A DNA stretch of 63,745 nt, the filler included, from Folioceros fuciformis (Eukaryota), in the NCBI GenBank assembly GCA_049999805.1. It is 5 parts of 4 records of this genome, joined end to end, with 100 filler letters (N's around TTAATTAATTAA, not from the genome) between each part and the next. Parts side by side here need not be neighbours in the genome. Positions count along the whole stretch, not along the records: positions 1 to 26,744 come from JBNGIO010006187.1; 4 more parts are not named here. One strand, written 5' to 3'. The notes beneath the pieces were generated by a model. The model was not told the origin of the DNA, did not search any database, and saw only the letters and a program-made list of their open reading frames with translations. Below are positions 12,455 to 22,134 of this stretch, piece after piece; the stretch's first letter is position 1; each line of letters starts with the position of its first letter. The translations under genes were made by a program, and so were the position numbers.

Positions 12455-13120
12455 TCAGTTGTCAGTGACATGCCTGTTTAGAGGATGAAGCTCAACAGAA
12501 GTTCTAAACATAAGCAGTGCATGGCTAGGTAGTTGTCTACTTACAGGGCGGAGCTTCTTGCCGCACAGGGGGCACAACCTGCTCCTATGAGCACCAACAC
12601 CACAGTCTTTAGGAGCGTTATGTTTTGCTTTGTTTACCTCGATGTCGTCAAGAACATTGCCAGCAGCTATAGTAGCCCTTCTCACAGACTCCTCTACTAG
12701 CTCTACCTGCTGACTGACCACCTCGGCTCTTTTTGTGTCCAGTAGTTTCTCCATCTCTGCAAGCATCGTGAACACCGTCTCCACTTGATCAGCTAGTAGG
12801 GGAGTAGTGGGAGGTCCTCCAGGGGGATGGGCTCTGCGACGAGGGATGCTCACCACTTTGTCCTCCTCGTTAGTTGAGTTGGGCACAGGAGACAAGTTTG
12901 AGATGCTCGGCTTAGAAGCTCTAGAGGATTCTTCCAAATCCAGCTCTATCACTAGAACACTAGCAGAGCGGCGAGGCAGGTCGACAGGTGCTGATGCGTT
13001 GGTCATAGGCATAGGTGCCACAGCTGAAGTCTCTCTTCTGGCTGTTGAGCGCCTATGCTTATGTCCGTCTTCATAGTTGGAACTGCTCGCTCTCTTCTTG
13101 CTTGTGCGCCTGGGAGCCAT
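12455..13120 (-). CDS. Antisense accessory ORF of copia B (221 aa), unknown function
   Basis: ATG in a strong context (AACCATGG). Basic N-terminus, helical middle and CPLC motif. Lies between the pol stop and the 3' LTR. Confidence 0.6.
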   Translation of the reverse strand: MAPRRTSKKRASSSNYEDGHKHRRSTARRETSAVAPMPMTNASAPVDLPRRSASVLVIELDLEESSRASKPSISNLSPVPNSTNEEDKVVSIPRRRAHPPGGPPTTPLLADQVETVFTMLAEMEKLLDTKRAEVVSQQVELVEESVRRATIAAGNVLDDIEVNKAKHNAPKDCGVGAHRSRLCPLCGKKLRPVSRQLPSHALLMFRTSVELHPLNRHVTDN

Positions 13121-13333
13121 GGTTGCTGAGGTGCTGTGTGTCGAGCTTGAGCGGGTTCTCGCCTATCATCTTGTTGCTGCTCACGAATAAGAGGAGGATG
13201 CTGCTTTTAAGAAGGCCGTAAATGAGAACTTGATGGCTGCATGTGGCTTAGTGGTGAGCTGTTAGAAGTATCGTTGGATAATGATATTCTTTTTAAACCT
13301 ATGGTCGTACAAGCAATTTAGGTTTAGTAGGAG

Positions 13334-13481
13334 TGTTAGGGATGGAAACCCTAACATGACTTATACTACAATTAAGGAGTTAACTCAAAAGACACTCAAA
13401 CAGTTTTGAATTTAAGATTACATGGTCCTTCACTAATTAATTGCTCTTTTCCTTGTGCGCACGCTTCCGCATTTATTAGAA
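13334..13481 (+). repeat. 3' LTR of copia B
   Basis: Matches 6603-6750. Preceded by the purine tract AGTAGGAG; the terminal CA is mutated to AA. Confidence 0.95.
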
Positions 13482-13486
13482 GCAGT

Positions 13487-13606
13487 TCCAAACATATGAG
13501 TCTAGCCTGGAAATGCCCACAGGAAGGCATATATTGTACACATTGTCGCAAGAGTAGACATGTCATCACAGTATGCTTTCAAAAGTTGACAGGCTGCCTA
13601 GCATAA
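13487..13606 (+). pseudogene. 3' half of the split zinc-knuckle relic
   Basis: SKHMSLAWKCPQEGIYCTHCRKSRHVITVCFQKLTGCLA*, containing a Cx2Cx4Hx4C knuckle. Confidence 0.7.
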
Positions 13607-13800
13607 GCAGCTGTCAACCAAGTCATTCCCATGACTTCGACATGTAAGCATATTTCATGTCTGCTCGGCATATTGTTTGCTACTAACCTCCCTACTACTG
13701 TCCTTAGGGTATGTGTTGTGTTGTTTAGTTGATGCTCATGATTAGAGGGCTACGATACTAATCACCAGGTGTGCCTGTCTGCTGTGTGCCTCGCACAACA

Positions 13801-14015
13801 TATGTCAATTTGGAGCTTCGCTCAGCAAGTATTTGAATGTCAACTAGTTGTATGTCAATTTGGAATCTCCCTTCACAAGCACTTGATTGTCAGCCACTGA
13901 ATGTCAATTTGAAACCTCCATGAGCAAGCATTTACATGTCAACGATATGTATGTCAATTTAGAATCTCCCTTAGCAAGAATTTGAATGTTAGCCACTATA
14001 TGTCAATTTGGAACA
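13801..14015 (+). repeat. Tandem repeat with a unit of about 50 bp, about 4.3 copies
   Basis: ATGTCAATTT recurs at 13802, 13852, 13901, 13951 and 14000. Confidence 0.85.
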
Positions 14016-15659
14016 TGCTTGATCCTTATGGGAGTTTTTCTCTTAAGATCTACAAATGTAGGTGGAAGGGATAGAAGTCATTCGCAAAAAATTGTAGAAT
14101 CATTTAGGATCCAGTACCTTTTATAAAAGAAGTCTACCATGCAAAGCATCCATCCTTAATGTAGAAATCTTCTACCACATGTTTTTTGTATGATGGTATT
14201 GTAATTGTTGCTCAAGCTAAAAGAAAAATTGTAGTTGAAACTTGATAACAATGCCTTCTCAAGATTTTTTGGGGACCTAATGGCACATGAAGCCCTTTGG
14301 CTACCTCTCGATGAAATTGAAGGTAGAAAGCAAGGTTGTTGCAAGAGCAAGTAATGAACAAATTGCTAGCTTCTTGTTGGTGTCTCGCCTTGTGAGATTA
14401 GTATTAGCTTTGGGTTCCATGCCATTACCAAGCTGGTGTCACAAATATAGGGTTTTGTGCACAACTTGCATTTTGGTGCTATGAGGCCGCCGATATTATT
14501 CTTGGAGATCATAGAAAACTTGTTGAAATCTCCTGCCCATGGAAAGCTAAAACACATGCACTAAGCTTTTACAAGTTGTGAGTTNNNNNNNNNNNNNNNN
14601 NNNNNNNNNNNNNNNNNNNNNNNNNNNNNNNNNNNNNNNNNNNNNNNNNNNNNNNNNNNNNNNNNNNNNNNNNNNNNNNNNNNNNNNNNNNNNNNNNNNN
14701 NNNNNNNNNNNNNNNNNNNNNNNNNNNNNNNNNNNNNNNNNNNNNNNNNNNNNNNNNNNNNNNNNNNNNNNNNNNNNNNNNNNNNNNNNNNNNNNNNNNN
14801 NNNNNNNNNNNNNNNNNNNNNNNNNNNNNNNNNNNNNNNNNNNNNNNNNNNNNNNNNNNNNNNNNNNNNNNNNNNNNNNNNNNNNNNNNNNNNNNNNNNN
14901 NNNNNNNNNNNNNNNNNNNNNNNNNNNNNNNNNNNNNNNNNNNNNNNNNNNNNNNNNNNNNNNNNNNNNNNNNNNNNNNNNNNNAAGCAGCGAAACTAAT
15001 CTCTAAAAGGTTCGAGCGTGAAGAAAAGGAATACCCAATGAAAAAGTTGGATATTATAATAAAAATTTAAAAAGAATTGAAGAAAAGATCCCCATAAAAT
15101 AAAAGTAGAGCTTTACTGGACGGAAGAATTGGCAAGGCGAGATTGCACAGAAAGAAAAGAAAAGAAAAGGAAAAAAAAAAAAAAAGAGAAGGGTGGAAAA
15201 AAAAAGAGAAGGGTGGCGAGGATGCCAGTTCCCGCGCTGGGGAGAGTAGCCGTTAGAGTACGAGGTAGCCACGGCCGGTGGCGCGTTATGGCGTGGCGGT
15301 GGACATATATCTTCCTGTCTCCAATTTGTGTGTGAAGAAGACGCGTTTGACACATTCGCCTTCGCCTGTATGGGTGGCTACAGGTGTAACGTGACGGCGG
15401 AGAGAAGGAAAGAGCAAGTACGCCAGGCGTGGTGGTTGCCGAAAACAAGGCTGGTGAATTGTACAGTGTGTGGGAAGGTCGGCGGGGTGGCGAAGAGGAG
15501 AAGCTCCTGGCAGCAAGAAGCGTAACAAGCTCAGGCCAATTGCGAGAGAGTTGGAGGTGGCGCAGCAGGAGTAAGCAAGGAAGCAAAATTTGTTGCAATG
15601 AAATGCGGTGGAAGGAAGGCATCCCCGGGCCGGGGGCAGGCCTGGGGAGGAGCTGCACC

Positions 15660-16019
15660 TCACTGAGCTGGAATGGAATCCCGGACCTCGAAGATGGCGC
15701 GAGTCTTGACCACGATATCGAACATGTGCATGGTCTTCATTTTGGTGAAGTCAGCAGGAAGCGAGATGAGGTAGGGGGTGGCACTCTGGTGGTACTGCAA
15801 CAGGTTGGGATCGGTGCTGGGATACGGCTCCCATCCCAGATCCATGAGCATGTCCCCCAGCTCGCGGTGGCTGGTCACCACCCGATTGGTGGGACAGTGC
15901 ACCAGCACCGGTACCTTGCGGCGGATGCAGGCGCAGGGCTGGCCATCCTCCGAGGTCTCCGCCAACGGGTTTGGCACCAGGCGCGCAATTCCGTCCTTGA
16001 ACATCCACACCCCCGACAT
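15660..16019 (-). CDS. FPF1: Flowering-promoting factor 1-like protein (119 aa, intronless)
   Basis: MSGVWMFKDGIARLVPNP...LGWEPY...LLQYHQ...LISLPADFTKMKTMHMFDIVVK...FEVRD matches the FPF1 family pattern (MSGVWVF, LGWERY, LISLP.DF, MYDIVVK, F.VRD). Confidence 0.92.
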   Translation of the reverse strand: MSGVWMFKDGIARLVPNPLAETSEDGQPCACIRRKVPVLVHCPTNRVVTSHRELGDMLMDLGWEPYPSTDPNLLQYHQSATPYLISLPADFTKMKTMHMFDIVVKTRAIFEVRDSIPAQ

Positions 16020-17196
16020 GACTAGCGCTGCGGCTGCTTCCAAGTGCTACGCGCTCCTGGCCAGGCCCTGCACCACGCAACAAAACAAACATTCCCCAGG
16101 CCTCATGAGCGCGGAGTGGCACAAGGCTGGAATGAGCAGCTGCCGACGGGAGCATGGAGCATGCGCAGCAATGCGAGAGACAGAGAGGCCTGGAGCCGGG
16201 AGAATCGATGCAAGTTGGAAATTGCATTGCATTGCTGCAGCGGGGCCCGGCGCCGCGTGGGTGCAGGTGGGATGCAATAACATGAGAAGCGAGGCGAGAG
16301 ACCTGGGATCAGCGCAGACGATGCCGGGGGCGTTGCTCCGGGTGGCGATAGTTGGAGAGCGTGAGCTCGCTCATAGGCGATCGCAGGAGCGATGTGGATG
16401 GCGAATGGGAGATGAAGCCGTTCGACCGCGCCCATTTGAGGGGCGCTCTCTGCGCGGGCCCGGACGCGTGGCGAAGGAGAGAGAGAGAGCGCACGGTGGA
16501 GGGCAAAGATGAGAGAGTGGGACCGGGGAGGGACCCGGGAGAGAGGGGGACACTTGGGCAGCGCAAGAACTATGCACACAGCGTACACGGACTAACTCAC
16601 TCGGACACACACACCGGTGTCTTCACGCAAGCAGCTGCAGCTTGGTCTATGCATCCATGGAGTTGACAATGCATCGTGTTGGCCGTACGCCCCTGCGATT
16701 CCAAGGCAGAGCAAAAGACAACAGGGCCTCTCCACTCGCAATTGATGCAAACTGGAAATGCTTTTTGTCAGGCACACAGATTGAATGTATCCCACGGTAC
16801 GTTCGACCCTGAAGTTCAATATCTGGATTTCAATTTTTGAAATTGCTGGGCTGGGCTACACATCCTGGGCCCGCCACACCACTACAGGATGGTGGGGGTA
16901 CCTGCGCTCTCCGCCTCCCCTTGTTCAATGTTATATAATAAACATACACCACACACGGAGCAAGTGGTCCACACCGCCCACACCCACTTCGCAATCCCAT
17001 CTCCGACCACCTTTCTAAGCCCATTTGCCTCGCCTCGTTGGCCCCGCCTATAACAACATGCACAGGCACAGCCACCGACCAAAAAATAAATAATGTCACA
17101 ACTACGTTTGTAACCGCATCCCGTGACAGACGCCGCCTGGCCGGCCAGGCAGGGGTCTCCACGTCGCTCAAAATTTTAGGGATCGTTCCCACGCTC

Positions 17197-20100
17197 CTAC
17201 ACCTCCGCCAGGGCACGAACTCTTCGCACTTGGATGTGATGCGTCGACTCCGACCTCCATATGGGCTTCTTGCCGCTCTGCACCAGAGCGACCTCTTCGC
17301 CCTCCTTCACCATTCCTTGCTTCTGCTCACGCCACAGCAATCAACAGTTTAATCACCAGTCACCCATTCATGTGCCCGACAACCACCACACTAGTAGCGG
17401 CACCAGCAGCTGGATCCAACCCCGGCAGAGACCTGTACCTGGAGGATAGCCAGTGCTCCTGAGAAAGTATCCTCTGCATCTTCCGAGAAATCCATGTACA
17501 CTGCTCTCACGCCTTGATACAAGGCTAGTCTTTGTTGCACCCTAACCCTGCAAATGCAAGTCGCACATTTCTCAAACACGACGGAGGCTTGACTGACGCA
17601 CTCCCATTTGCAGCAACAACCGCACCGCACCGCACCGCCGTCACAACAGCTGCTGGCAACCTAACTAGCTCCCTTACTCGTTTGTGAACGCGAAGATGGT
17701 GCCAGCCGGTCGGTAGTGGCTCAAAAGCATCGCCATGAATCCGCTACGTGTAAACACCAAAATCGACGTGCCCAGTGTGTTTGACATCATTGTTGCGTGG
17801 AAAGCAAAGATCTCACTCATATGGTTCTGCGACAGAAATTCCCTACTCATCATCCAAACACGCATACTTGACATCCTTCTCACCGACAACAAACTTAAAC
17901 CAGCTGCATCACAATCTAACCTTGAAAGCACGCCCCAAATTCGCAGGGCGTTGCTCTTCTGGCATAGTCGCTTCAGTTCGCAAGGCAACTGTATGCATGA
18001 CTTTTACCGCTTTCAGTGGGTACCTGAAAACAACCAGTGCTCACTTTCACCAATTCACACCCGTTGCAACCCTTGCTGCTTCACCTCCACACAACTTGCA
18101 ATGCAACTCTCCCTATTCTTACTTGCCATGAGCTGTCTCCCCAGACAGCATGATTGCATCTGCCCCTTCTCGAACAGCGATGGCAATATCCGAAACCTCT
18201 GCTCTCGTAGGCGTTGGGTGATTGATCATGCTTTCCAACATGTTTGTTGCTACGATCACGGGCTTTCCCATGCTCCTGCATACTCTTATTATCTCGCCCT
18301 GGACACAAATTCAGACTCTTAAGTCAAGGGTGGACACAAAGTATGTTTAGTATCACAAAAGTACAAACGGTGTCACCCCGACCTCCAACTTCCAGACTAT
18401 AGCATCCAACCACGTCACAACACTGACCAACACACAAATGACCTACCTGCAGAAGAGGAACTTCTTCTACTGGTAATTCTGCTCCAAGATCACCGCGAGC
18501 AACCATCGCCTTACAAGGCCAGAGACACATGTCAACACGCTGGCAGAAAAGGCACACACACCTGCATCTTATAAGCCACAAAAACGCACAAATAACTACA
18601 AGGCTACAATTTTTGGAAAACGAATACCCCATCTGAAGCATCCAGGATCTCGTTGAGATTAGGAATGGAATCCGCACTCTCAATCTTAACGATGACATTG
18701 ATGTCAGCTGAACAGCCTGTGACATTCAGAACTCTGCTCAGAAGTAGACCCTCCAGGAGGACATACTGAGACAAGGGCCACCAGGCTGAAATGACAAGCA
18801 GTTCCACAAATACTACCCATACATCACTGGTGGAGGATGCATAAGCCAGACATACCCTTCAGATAATCCTTCAACTCCTTCACAACCTGGGCATCTTTCA
18901 CAAAAGAGAGAGCATAGTAATCCACCTTGTTTTCAACACCAAACTTGATATCTTCCCAATCTCTGTCTGTCCCACCATTCCACATACAGAAAGGTTAGCT
19001 AGTTAGGATTCCAATCTCAACCTGGACCAGCACGACCGTCTCCTTTGGCTTCATTGCTCGTATATCAGTGGCACCTGATTAAATTCAGGTCCTCACCCAC
19101 CTGTAAGCGAAGGCAGTGTAGCACTCTTCCCACGAACGTTGAGATGCCTGCGAGACTTCAATTCCCCACCATCCACAACCTCACACAGGGCAGAGTCTTC
19201 CGTTTTTGACTTCACCACCAGGGACATCATACCACCTACAGATTCACGGAAAATACATTGCACGCAGCAAGTGATCAATCATCAAATCTCCAGGCTGACA
19301 GCCAATATAGGCTGTCAGCAGGTAAATACGTGCCCCACCATCGTTCTCGAGACACGTACCATCTATAAGCAGCTCATCTCCTGTCTCCACATCGGTCACA
19401 AAGTCATCATAGTTCACACTGACACACGTGTCAGTCCCAACCCCACGTTTGATAGTGAAAGTGAACTCCTGCCCCTTGACAAGTTGGATAGGCTGAGGCA
19501 AATCTCCGCTTCGAACTTCAGGGCCCTACACACGGCAACACAGTCCCATCAATTTCACAATAGGCTATTTGGGAACCCTCACCTCTACGTGGAAAAAATG
19601 AGGAGCATAAACGGGCAGCCAGTGGCAACTTCACCTTCGTGTCCAACATGATAGCGATGACGTTGGCTCCAGCTTGTGCATTAAAGTCACGAACAAGGTC
19701 TATGACCTTTTTGTGTGACGCATGGTCACCATGAGACATATTCAGACGTGCAACGTTCATGCCAGCATCGGCCAGCTTCGCAATCATTTCCGGAGTGTTG
19801 GACGATGGACCAATCGTGCAAACAATTTTCGTTTTCCGCTGAAAACTGGGTTTAATCCACATGCTGGACAGACCTCGCTCAGCAAGAAATTGCTCCAAAG
19901 ACAGAGGCTGACCCTGCACGACAAACCACACCTGAGACTGGGGCTGACCGAGAACAAAGGAAAACAAATAACTCGCGGGCGAATTCCCTGAAGCACATGC
20001 AGGTGAGAGCGCTTACATGAAGGCCGTCAGCAGGGAAGGTGAGAGGAAAGCTTTTCGTGACGTCGTCCGGCGTGACAGGCACAAGCTGAGCCTCGTCCCG

Positions 20101-20331
20101 TGCAATTCTTCGGGGCCGTAAACTGGTGGCTCGAATTTCACAATCTTTCCGCACCCGCTGGGGGCGACTCTGCTGACTGCGAGCAGGCAGGCGGCCCTGA
20201 GGCCTAAGGCCACTGAAATGAACAAACTGGGCAGATTCATCGGAACCAAGGTGAGAGGCGGATGCCGAGCTGCAGCACTGAAGGGACGCTGCCGCTACCG
20301 CGGCCGCAGAGGACATCAGAGCTGTAGCCAT
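17197..20331 (-). CDS. PKP2: Plastidial pyruvate kinase, beta-type subunit (PKP2-like), 12 exons
   Basis: Transit peptide, then [73 protein letters not shown]. Exons: 20331-about 20060 (donor uncertain), 19913-19635, 19525-19360, 19235-19101, 18966-18856, 18716-18628, 18509-18447, 18298-18123, 18023-17921, 17826-17678, 17547-17439, 17322-17197. Confidence 0.95.
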
Positions 20332-20889
20332 ACCCGACGCAGCGCCCTCGCAGTCAGCTCCCGAGCTGTGCAGGGCAACCCTCTTAATGCAGCCGGTGGA
20401 GGAGTAGAGGTGGTTGGTTGGGCAGCAGCGCAAGGGCGCCGACTACGACAGCGAGGGCCAGCCGACGGAAATTCCTTTCCTGGGAACGGCAACGACAATG
20501 GCAATCGTCCCGAGAATATCTATGACGTGTACCCGGCCCGATTCCACCCGGGCACATGCTGGAAAACAATCTAGGTCTTATTGCCCCAGCACGCCTGGAC
20601 ATTTTTTGGCCTCTTTTTCGTTAAATTAACCCTGGTTTTTAATAACATTTAGTATGAAAATCCGCTCGTCTTGGTTGACGGTAACCGATGGTTCGCAATA
20701 GTCACCGGTTTTATGGTCTCGCCAGGCACTCAATCACGACCTCCCGTTGTCGTGTCCATTTTGAGCACGCCGTAGTAGATTATGCATATAAGACTTTCAA
20801 TTATGAAGATACTTATTCACAACAAGTGCTGTTATGTCTTTTCCTTACCTCTAGCATGCATTATAAATTGCTCCTTCTCTACCTCTAAG

Positions 20890-21990
20890 CTTGGATTACA
20901 ACAAAATGCTTCACCTTTGATGCAGTAGACCTAGACCATATATTACCAACATCCTTAAGGACTTGGGACATTTTCTTATGTTGGATCGGGTTGTCTTCCC
21001 TATTGAATAGCTTTGAGCCACATATGAATGTTGTTGCCCAACTAGTGCCTAAAGTACTTGATAAAATCTGAAAAGAGTGGCCCGTATTAAACATATTGAT
21101 CAACCAATTTAAGATTTGTTGCTTCCTCTAACATGTGTAGTGACTCTATAAGGTACATACTGTCACCCAACTTTTGCATAATGTCCATCCTTGCCTACTC
21201 ATTCTTCATACTTGCAGTTAGTTTTATAATCGTCTTATGTGCCCAAAGCATAAGAACACCACCATGGTATTTCTTAAAATGTACTTGATGGCATTAAAAT
21301 TCACTTTGTTAACCTAAGTTGGGTTTGCGAGCGTTGCCCGTTCCCACAACACTTTTATTCATTCGGACATTCCTACTCCATCAACCTACTTGCACAAAAC
21401 CCAAGCCATTGAAATCCCATTCATGAAATTATTAAACACCAACCAAATTGACCAATTGGAAATACAACTTATTCAATCCGAAGGTGGTATTTATGGTTAT
21501 AAAAGATTATGGTCCCATTTAAGCATAATCTTCATTATAAACGATGTTTGCATATCGAGCACAAAATGAGTTAGAGCCATGCTTGAAACAAAAGCATTCC
21601 TATAAGGGAAAACTAAGTGCTTATTGACGTCCATCCAAATTGGAACACTCTTTGCTATGTAGCTTATATGTCCAAGCTAAGGCATAGGTTTCCATATTTT
21701 AGACATTCTTTGATGTCAAAAAATCATCCTTGATAAACTCGTAACTTGCATCCCTTTGTTGTTTCCCAAACACTCCTTCTTCGTGGTTAAGCAAAAGTAC
21801 TTGACATAACAACTTGTATGGCACCCACCTCCTTCTTTTAACAAGGCTAAGGCTAGCTATGCAAGATGGGATAGAGGACCTAGAATGAATTCTTCTTAAT
21901 AGAATTAACTTGCCGCGTTCGTATGAAAACAATGTTGGAACCATTGAGAATTCAGATGAATTGTGGCTTGGAACTTCCAATGAGTCGCGT
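20890..21990 (-). mobile_element. Highly decayed MULE/SWIM-type transposase relic
   Basis: Minus-strand fragments KDDFLTSKNV*NMETYALAWTYKL, FVLDMQT..MLKWDH, TTFGLNKL, LVFNNFMNGISMAWVL and LCFGHIRR resemble plant MULE-derived SWIM proteins (DDLLT..TYEL, GIQTEWQ, FGTN.L, VFD..AIPVAW, C.WHVRRAW), as recalled from memory. Confidence 0.6.
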
Positions 21991-22134
21991 CCACTATATT
22001 AGACCACTTAAGTAATCGCCATTGGTCACAACAAATCAAAAGAGGCATCCATATATCTTACTCATTCTTCTATGTTAAGGAAATAAACTTTGTTTATTAG
22101 TACACTAGTTATATATCATAGGGCAACCCTAGGA

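Larger units (their letters stand above)
6603..13481 (+). mobile_element. Complete, inactivated Ty1/copia element B (about 6.9 kb)
   Basis: Two 148-bp LTRs (13 mismatches by manual alignment, about 91% identical). TSD GCAGT at 6598-6602 and 13482-13486. PBS and PPT present; domain order gag-PR-INT-RT-RH. Confidence 0.97.

Noticed and set aside
13801-14015. CRISPR-like periodicity (also the repeats at 3433-3915)
   Set aside because: The intervening sequences are homologous to each other, the context is eukaryotic, and there are no cas genes.
14578-15006. ORFs running through N gaps (also 2614-3114 and 22417-22728)
   Set aside because: Their length is an artefact of translating Ns.
15113-16666. 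Many overlapping 100-240 aa ORFs around FPF1
   Set aside because: GC-rich sequence with few stops. Only the FPF1 frame has family motifs.
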